Positions 57,710 through 64,000 of a DNA stretch of 64,000 nt are shown here, piece after piece. Source of the DNA: an uncultured delta proteobacterium (lineage in GTDB: Bacteria > Desulfobacterota > Binatia > UBA9968). Below the pieces are notes generated by a model, which worked only from the letters and a program-made list of their open reading frames with translations, was not told the DNA's origin and did not search any database. The position numbers and the translations under genes were made by a program. Positions within the stretch are counted from its first letter, which is position 1. Every line of letters starts with the position of its first letter. Where the stretch lies: positions 160,001 to 224,000 of the forward strand of contig CAVYTU010000008.1 in the NCBI GenBank assembly GCA_963771465.1, given 5' to 3'.

Positions 57710-58663
57710 CTACCTTGACAGCGCCGGGCGGATTTCGTTTAGCAGCATGCGCGCTTGGCCGCGCACGTCGTCGGAGGCGACGCGCGCGATGATCGTCGTC
57801 AGGCCGGCGTCGACGTAGTCTTTCAACAATCGCACGCAATCTTCGGGTGTGCCGAAGATCGTGAAATGGTGGCCGAGTTTAGCTCTCGGTTCGCCAAAGA
57901 AGTTTTCCATCCACCGCCAGCCTTCTTCCTTGGCCTTTTCCACGTCGTTTAGAATATTGAACGTTGCGTAAAGCGTCGTCGCTTGGAGTTTTCCCACGCG
58001 GTCAAATTCACTAGCATAGCGATCAATCCGTTCGCGCGCGCCGGTGAATCTTTCCAAAGTCGGCGCCAGCGTCACCCAACCGTCGCCGAGCCGGGCGACG
58101 CGTTTGAAGCCGGTCTCGTTTTTATCGGCGGCGATCCAGATGGGAATTCCCGGCTGTTGCACTGGATGCGGCAGAATTCCAACGTCGCGCAATGTGAAGT
58201 AACGGCCCTCGTAGTCGATCTTCGGCTCGCTCCACAGCCGGCGCATGATTTCGATCGTCTCGCCCAGTCTGCCCGCCTTTTCCTGCGGCGGCACGCCGCA
58301 GGCGGCAAACTGGCGCTGAATGTAATCGCGCACCGGACCGACACTCACGCCGAGAATGATTCGGCCATTGGAAATCACGTCGATCGTCGCCAGCGCGTGG
58401 GCGAGGAGCACTGGATTGCGCAGAGCCGGCAACATCGGCACGATGCCGAGGCGAATCTTGCTGGTGCGCGCTGCCAAGGCCGCCAATGTGGTCAAGCAAT
58501 CGCCGCGCGCTTTGTCCAGGACCGTGACGCTGTCGCCGAGCCAGACATGATCGAAGTCCAGTTCCTCGGCTTCGGCAGCTTCAGCCCAGAGATGCGCAAA
58601 ACTCTTCGCCGCATCTTCCCCACGGATCAACTGGCGGGTGTGTAAAAGCAAACCTATCTCCAT
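57710..58663 (-). CDS. LLM-class flavin-dependent oxidoreductase
   Basis: FDHVWLGDS, LAALAART..IRLG, RNPVLLA...ATIDVISNGR, PIWIA and GDGW motifs. Confidence 0.9.
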   Translation of the reverse strand: MEIGLLLHTRQLIRGEDAAKSFAHLWAEAAEAEELDFDHVWLGDSVTVLDKARGDCLTTLAALAARTSKIRLGIVPMLPALRNPVLLAHALATIDVISNGRIILGVSVGPVRDYIQRQFAACGVPPQEKAGRLGETIEIMRRLWSEPKIDYEGRYFTLRDVGILPHPVQQPGIPIWIAADKNETGFKRVARLGDGWVTLAPTLERFTGARERIDRYASEFDRVGKLQATTLYATFNILNDVEKAKEEGWRWMENFFGEPRAKLGHHFTIFGTPEDCVRLLKDYVDAGLTTIIARVASDDVRGQARMLLNEIRPALSR

Positions 58664-58740
58664 CGTCAACTCTCTACCTCAAGTCGTGTAAGGAGTAATA
58701 GTCGGGAGCCTCTGACGTCTGACCTCTGAGGTCTGACCTC

Positions 58741-59760
58741 TCACCCTTTACTCCCCGCCTTCAGCACCTTATCCCAGCCCGCTTCGCGCAACTCCTTGTA
58801 AACTTCACGGGTGAAGCGGAAGTCGAATATCTGTTCTGCAGGCACGTCTTTCTGAACGTTGAGCATGCGCTTGGCGATCTCGATGTCGGATCTCTGCGTC
58901 TCGAGATCTTCCGTGCCGTCGGCGGTCATCATTTCCATGGTCGCATCGTAGTCGGCGCTGCGCACGTCATCGGGCGATTTGTCATATTTTTTACCCAATG
59001 CTAGCACCTGGGTCTTATTACGTTTAACGAACTCGCGGCCCTTTACCGTCGCGCGCAAAAATCGCCGCACCAAGTCGGGCCGTTTGACAATCATCTCTTC
59101 CGAGGCCGCCAGGCCTGTGTAAAGCATCTTGATTTCTTTACCGATGTTCACCACTTCGTGCACGGGAAAGCCACGCGTCTGCATGCGCAACGAATCGGCG
59201 AAACCCAACACTGCCGAGTCCACGGTTTTGGCCGCCAGCGAAGTCACCCGCCCGCCGGTGCCGAGCGCCACCCAGATCACGTCGCGCACCGGGTCCATAC
59301 CGTGCTTGCGCAGCATGAGATTGGCCGCGCCTTCCATGGTATCGCCGCGCGACGCGATGCCGATCCCTTTGCCGCGCAGATCGGGAACTTTGCGGATGTC
59401 GTCGCGCCAGCTGAGTATCTTGTAGAGGGGCCGATCGAGATTGACGTAAACGACTTTGAGCTTGATGCCGCGCAGGCTCGCATTGAGCGACGACCCGGAC
59501 GACGTGCTGAAATGGAGATCGCCGGCGACCAATGCCTGGGTCGCCAGACCTCCGGGCATGACGATGATCTCGACGTTCAAGCCCTCGTCGCGGTAATACC
59601 CCAACTCCTTGGCGACAAAGTGCGGATAATAGATCACACCAAAGCTGGCAAACGACACCCGGAGATTTTCCAAGTTAGGCGTCTGGGCTAAACCAGGCGC
59701 CGGACAAATGGCTAGCCCAAGCGAAGTAATAATCTGCAGCAAGAAAACTTTCAGCTTCAT
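58741..59760 (-). CDS. ABC substrate-binding protein, NMT1/THI5-like
   Basis: ELGYYRDEGL, FSTSSGSSL and IFDFRF motifs. Confidence 0.85.
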   Translation of the reverse strand: MKLKVFLLQIITSLGLAICPAPGLAQTPNLENLRVSFASFGVIYYPHFVAKELGYYRDEGLNVEIIVMPGGLATQALVAGDLHFSTSSGSSLNASLRGIKLKVVYVNLDRPLYKILSWRDDIRKVPDLRGKGIGIASRGDTMEGAANLMLRKHGMDPVRDVIWVALGTGGRVTSLAAKTVDSAVLGFADSLRMQTRGFPVHEVVNIGKEIKMLYTGLAASEEMIVKRPDLVRRFLRATVKGREFVKRNKTQVLALGKKYDKSPDDVRSADYDATMEMMTADGTEDLETQRSDIEIAKRMLNVQKDVPAEQIFDFRFTREVYKELREAGWDKVLKAGSKG

Positions 59761-59868
59761 CAGGTTAAGATTTGCATAACTTGCGCATGCACTCAAACAC
59801 GAGTTAGTGCGCGCGACTTGTCACGATTCCGTTGCTGCGATATACACCGGGTTTGAGGAGATCAGCTC

Positions 59869-60765
59869 ATGTCACATTCAAATCCGATCACTTTGGAGCG
59901 CATCGATCACGGCGTCTTACCGTCCAACGACCTGGGCCGGGCATTTCGCTTCTGGTCGTCATTCATGGGCGGACAGATCGGTCATCACACCAACCTGAAC
60001 GTACGCGGCCTCAACCGCGAAGTGCCGATGATCATCTTTATGACAGTGGCCAATCACCGCGGCTTTGGTCTCGCCTTGCAGGACTTTCGCATCTCGCCAA
60101 ACCCGACGCGCCGTTTGGATGGCGTCGTCTGGGGTTTTGAAGTTGCCGACGACAATCTCGCCGCCGCCACTGCCGAAGCGGAAAAGCACAAGCTGCGTTT
60201 CGAGCGCTTCGCCGACTATCCGGCGTCGAGCCCGATCAAAGAATCGCTCTTCATCCTCGATCCCGACGGCAACACGGTGGAGTTATGCACTCGTAACCAG
60301 CCGTCCGGACAAGCGCCGCAAGCCGGACCAGTTCCGCTGCGGCGCATCAGCCATGTGCGCATCGAAGTGACCGATCTGGAACAAGCGCGCGATTGGTACG
60401 GCAACACCTTCGGACTCAATGTCGGCGCGCAAGTGCCGGGCGAAAACCAACTGACGATGACAGTCGCCAAATCCAATCAGTTGGTCATTTTGCGCGACGT
60501 CGACAAAGTCGCCGATCGCAGCACGCAGTGTTTCAAGGGACCGCATATCGACCTGCGCTCAGACGAATCGTCTTACCCGGAAATGCTCAAACGCTTTAAC
60601 CGCAAAGAAACCTACTGGGGCCCAGATCCCGATCTCATCCCCTGGCATGAGCCGGATGCCAACACCGCCTACGGCTACGATCCCTTCGGCAACCGCATTC
60701 AGATCGGCATCGTCGCCAAGCGCCCGATGCACCACGGCGATATCGCGCGCTTTCGCACTCAATAG
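59869..60765 (+). CDS. Two-domain VOC/glyoxalase family protein
   Basis: IDHGVL, DPDGNTVEL, ISHVRIEV and DPFGNRIQ motifs. Confidence 0.8.
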   Translation: MSHSNPITLERIDHGVLPSNDLGRAFRFWSSFMGGQIGHHTNLNVRGLNREVPMIIFMTVANHRGFGLALQDFRISPNPTRRLDGVVWGFEVADDNLAAATAEAEKHKLRFERFADYPASSPIKESLFILDPDGNTVELCTRNQPSGQAPQAGPVPLRRISHVRIEVTDLEQARDWYGNTFGLNVGAQVPGENQLTMTVAKSNQLVILRDVDKVADRSTQCFKGPHIDLRSDESSYPEMLKRFNRKETYWGPDPDLIPWHEPDANTAYGYDPFGNRIQIGIVAKRPMHHGDIARFRTQ

Positions 60766-60834
60766 AATTAGCCGCCACCAACGCAAAGAAAAAATCAGAT
60801 GCCGGACTTGGCGTCTTTGTGAGTTAGCGCAAGG

Positions 60835-61839
60835 ATGCCCCGAATCGATATGGTTCTAATGCAAATTCCAGTCATGCTTGGCGCAGCATTGGTCTACACG
60901 CTGTCCGCGGCGCAAATCCTGGGCGCGGCGGAAGAAAAAATCCGTTTTTCCGTCGCTGCCGTCACCGCTAGCTATATGGACGAGTTCGTCGCCATCGAAA
61001 AAGGTTACCACCGCGACGAAGGCCTTACCGTGGAAATGATCCGCGCCGGCGGCGGCATCGCGACTCAAGCGCTGATGGCCGGCGATCTTCACTTCAGCAC
61101 GTCTGCCGGTTCCGCGCTGAGCGCCATGCTGCGCGGCGCGGAGATCAAAGTCATCTATACCAACATCGACCGTCCCGGCTATCAGCTGTGGTCGGGACAT
61201 GGCGAGATCAAGCAGTTAAAAGACTTGGTCGGCAAGCGCGTCGGCGTCACCAGCCGCGGCGACACGCAAGAACTGTCGGTGCGCTTACTCTTGCGCAAAT
61301 ATGGCGTCGATGCCAACTCAGTCGCTTACATTCCTGTCGGTTTCGGTGCCCAGCGTTTGGCCGCGCTCCAAGCGGGTTCAGTGGACGCGGTGCCACTCGG
61401 CGCCGCGGACTTTGCCCAATTGAAGCAGCCCAAGGGCCACATGCTCGGCGACACGGAGAAAGAAATTCGCTTCGCTTACGTCGGTCTGGCGGTTTCCAGC
61501 CGGCTGCTGGCGCGCCAGCCAAACTTGGTCGAAAAGTTTCTCCGCAGCGTGATCAAAGGGCGCGAATACGCCAAGCGCTACCGCGAGCAAACCATCCCGA
61601 TCATTGGCAAGCATACCCAGCGCAGACGCGAGTTCAACGAAATCGATTACGATTCCACCCTGCCAGTGTTGACACCGGATGGTTCTGTGGGGGATGAGAT
61701 ACTAAAAGAGGACGTCGCCATGCGCGCCGAGTTTGTCGGCGTGGCGGCGCCGAGCGATTACAGCAAATATTTCGATTACACGATCGTAAAGAAAGTTTAC
61801 CGCGAGCTGAAAACGACCGGATGGAAGCCGACGCCGTGA
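60835..61839 (+). CDS. ABC substrate-binding protein, NMT1/THI5-like
   Basis: EKGYHRDEGL, FSTSAGSAL and FDYTIVKK motifs; paralogue of 51197 and 58741. Confidence 0.85.
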   Translation: MPRIDMVLMQIPVMLGAALVYTLSAAQILGAAEEKIRFSVAAVTASYMDEFVAIEKGYHRDEGLTVEMIRAGGGIATQALMAGDLHFSTSAGSALSAMLRGAEIKVIYTNIDRPGYQLWSGHGEIKQLKDLVGKRVGVTSRGDTQELSVRLLLRKYGVDANSVAYIPVGFGAQRLAALQAGSVDAVPLGAADFAQLKQPKGHMLGDTEKEIRFAYVGLAVSSRLLARQPNLVEKFLRSVIKGREYAKRYREQTIPIIGKHTQRRREFNEIDYDSTLPVLTPDGSVGDEILKEDVAMRAEFVGVAAPSDYSKYFDYTIVKKVYRELKTTGWKPTP

Positions 61840-61860
61840 GGCAAAATCAGAGAAGAACAC

Positions 61861-61944
61861 TTCACCACGAAGGACACGAAGAGCACGAAGTTCGGAGATA
61901 CTTTTATCCTAAACCTTCGTGTCCTTCGTGATCTTCGTGGTGAA
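61861..61944. repeat. Inverted nonamer tandem repeat (CACGAAGNN)
   Basis: ttcaccacgaaggacacgaagagcacgaag ... cttcgtgtccttcgtgatcttcgtggtgaa. Confidence 0.75.
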
Positions 61945-61979
61945 AAGGAATTTTTCATATTCCAAAAAGGGGATAAACC

Positions 61980-63095
61980 ATGAGCACGACCTATGAAGTC
62001 GCCGATATGATGATCGGCGTGCGCAACATGATCGAAGCCGCGGATTTGCGCCGCGGCGACCAAGTGCTGCTGCTCGCCGACACGCGCAGCGACAAGATCA
62101 CTCTCGAAGCGCTCACCGCCGGCCTGCGCTTTTTTGGCGCCGAGCCGATGACGCTCGTCACCGAGCCGATCCCACGTTACGGCGAAGTGCCGGCGGCGGT
62201 GATGGAGGCGATGCACGCAGCTGACGTGGCGATCTGGGTTTGGCCGGTGTTTATCACGTTTACGCCGACTCATCGCGCGCTGGGCCGCAAGCGCGAAGAG
62301 AGCGGCACGCAACTCCACGAGGCGCGCATGAAGCCCTATCACATTTATTTCGAAGGCAACGCCGGCCTGCTCGCGCGCGACTACGCCAAGTTCCCCAACA
62401 AAGTTTTGTGGAAACTAGCGGAAAAGGTGCGCGAAGTCGTCGGCGCCGGCAAGGTCGTGCGCATCGTCGACGAGCTCGGCACCGATCTAACCGCGACCTA
62501 CGACGGCAAGCAACTCTACGGCATGCAGTTTCGCGCCGGAGATCCGCCCGGCCGCTGCCACTTTCCCTGGGGACGCTGCGGTGTGTTCAATGGCGACGGC
62601 AGCGCCAATGGCGAAGTTTACCTCACTTGCGTGCAGGGCATCGCTGGCAAACTCGCCGAGCCCATGCGCTGGAAAATCAAAGACAGCGTAATCACGGAGG
62701 TCGACGGCGGCGCCGCGGCGGGCGAAGAATGCCGGCGCCTATTCAAAGAAGTGCCGGAATCGAATCGCTTGATCGAAATCATGTTCGGCTACCATCCCAA
62801 AGCGTCCGCCGAACATGGCGTCGCCGATCCCATGCACTGGGAGTTGATCAGCAAGATGCCCTGGGCCGGTCTCGGCACGCCGCGCAAGCATCCGAGCTTC
62901 AGACATATCGACGGCTCGGTCTTCAACGGCAAACTCTACATCGACGATCGCCTGGTCGTCGACAAATACGGCATGCTCGACCGCTCTCTGCTGCATCATC
63001 CCGAAGTGGTTGACGCGGCCGCGGAGTATGGCGATCCGTACCAAGTGCTCGCGCCGATCTCGCACGCGGCGCATGGCTCGGGAACAGCTTGGTAA
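61980..63095 (+). CDS. Peptidase M29 / NicX-like metalloenzyme (function uncertain)
   Basis: N-terminal G.QVLLLAD, GTDLT, ANG, IEIMFG and C-terminal HID, consistent with the aminopeptidase-T-like fold. Confidence 0.55.
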   Translation: MSTTYEVADMMIGVRNMIEAADLRRGDQVLLLADTRSDKITLEALTAGLRFFGAEPMTLVTEPIPRYGEVPAAVMEAMHAADVAIWVWPVFITFTPTHRALGRKREESGTQLHEARMKPYHIYFEGNAGLLARDYAKFPNKVLWKLAEKVREVVGAGKVVRIVDELGTDLTATYDGKQLYGMQFRAGDPPGRCHFPWGRCGVFNGDGSANGEVYLTCVQGIAGKLAEPMRWKIKDSVITEVDGGAAAGEECRRLFKEVPESNRLIEIMFGYHPKASAEHGVADPMHWELISKMPWAGLGTPRKHPSFRHIDGSVFNGKLYIDDRLVVDKYGMLDRSLLHHPEVVDAAAEYGDPYQVLAPISHAAHGSGTAW

Positions 63096-63349
63096 AAATT
63101 TGACCACCGCGGAGAATTTTTTCCGCACCCTCAAGGTTTGCCGGACTTCCGAGGGTAGAATGGAAGAATAGCAGTGTCGAATCGCACGTCTTTTCGATCC
63201 TTATGACGCAAACCAAGCGAAGATTTTTTCTGATGTCATCGTATCGATGACATCCTGGTCACTTTGTTCGCACCCAACGAGCCAAGAGAAATCATTTCTC
63301 TCTGCGAACTTCATTGACACATTATCGGCGATTGGGTAATTCAGAGGTT

Positions 63350-64000
63350 GTGAAAGTCGAGACTCCAAACCACCGAGACGCGCCTGGGAAAACCGCTGAC
63401 ACGCCCCATGTCGACAAGCTGCGCGCGGTGTTGAATATCTGCCGGCGCATGAGCACAATAACCGATCTTGCCTTGCTGCAAGCGCTGATTACGCGCGAAG
63501 CCAAGGAGCTGCTGCAAGCCGAGCGCGTGAGTATTTTTCTTTTCGACCGCGACAACTGCGAGCTCTGGTCGGCGATCTCCCAAGAGGGACGCATCATGCG
63601 CTTTGACGCCCGGCTCGGCATCGCCGGCGCGGTGGCGATGACCGGTCAAACGATTAATGTCGCCGACGCTTACGAACACCCGCTCTTCTACAAGGAAGTA
63701 GACACACAGACAGGCTACCGGACACAAACGCTGCTCGCCGTGCCGCTCCACGATCTCGACGGCAAGATCATCGGCGTCGGCGAAGCGACCAACAAACTCG
63801 TCGGTCATTTTAGCGATGAAGATGGCGAGATTTTGGCGACCTTGGCCGCACATCTCACCGATTTTTTCGCCAGCTCACCGATTGCAGCGGCGATAAAAGC
63901 GCAGCACGCCGCCCATGCAAGCGCGCCTGCGGTGCCATACGGCAGCGCTTTTACGACGCAGAATATCGTCGGCATGAGCGACCGCACCCAATCGATCATC
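63350..64000 (+). CDS. GAF-domain sigma54-dependent regulator (5' part, runs off window end)
   Basis: AERVSIFLFD, GIAG.VA.TG..INV.DAY, D..TGYRT..LLAVPL, NK...F...D GAF motifs, then NIVGMS at the AAA start. Confidence 0.75.
   Translation, partial: MKVETPNHRDAPGKTADTPHVDKLRAVLNICRRMSTITDLALLQALITREAKELLQAERVSIFLFDRDNCELWSAISQEGRIMRFDARLGIAGAVAMTGQTINVADAYEHPLFYKEVDTQTGYRTQTLLAVPLHDLDGKIIGVGEATNKLVGHFSDEDGEILATLAAHLTDFFASSPIAAAIKAQHAAHASAPAVPYGSAFTTQNIVGMSDRTQSII

Overview
A GC-rich bacterial chromosome segment. Its gene content and intergenic repeat styles resemble Binatia/Deltaproteobacteria-like soil bacteria (inference). It carries 17 periplasmic substrate-binding protein genes (ABC NMT1/THI5-like, AfuA-like, ABC_sub_bind and TctC/Bug) with no permease or ATPase, plus aromatic/heterocycle catabolic enzymes: xanthine-dehydrogenase-family L/S/M subunits, UbiD, a Rieske oxygenase, LLM, VOC, amidohydrolase, GGT and AMDase/maleate-isomerase-family proteins. 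It also has rtcB, a 5'-3' exonuclease, a DUF2075 nuclease-helicase, a yifB/comM-like ATPase and two sigma54 activators. The accessory and non-coding layer is rich: (i) a DUF559 nuclease gene between two copies of a REP-like inverted hairpin pair, with three more copies elsewhere; (ii) three diverged duplications of gene ends; (iii) a decayed integron-like cassette array without integrase; (iv) a tRNA-Ser att-like scar; (v) a PEP-CTERM islet with a sigma54 promoter; (vi) a repeated enhancer plus sigma54 promoter pair; (vii) an IS3 remnant, a MITE and several short-unit palindromic repeats. Many genes have 1-2 nt frameshifts, probably sequencing or assembly errors. No rRNA, intact tRNA or CRISPR array was seen. 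All family calls come from motif recognition, not database searches.
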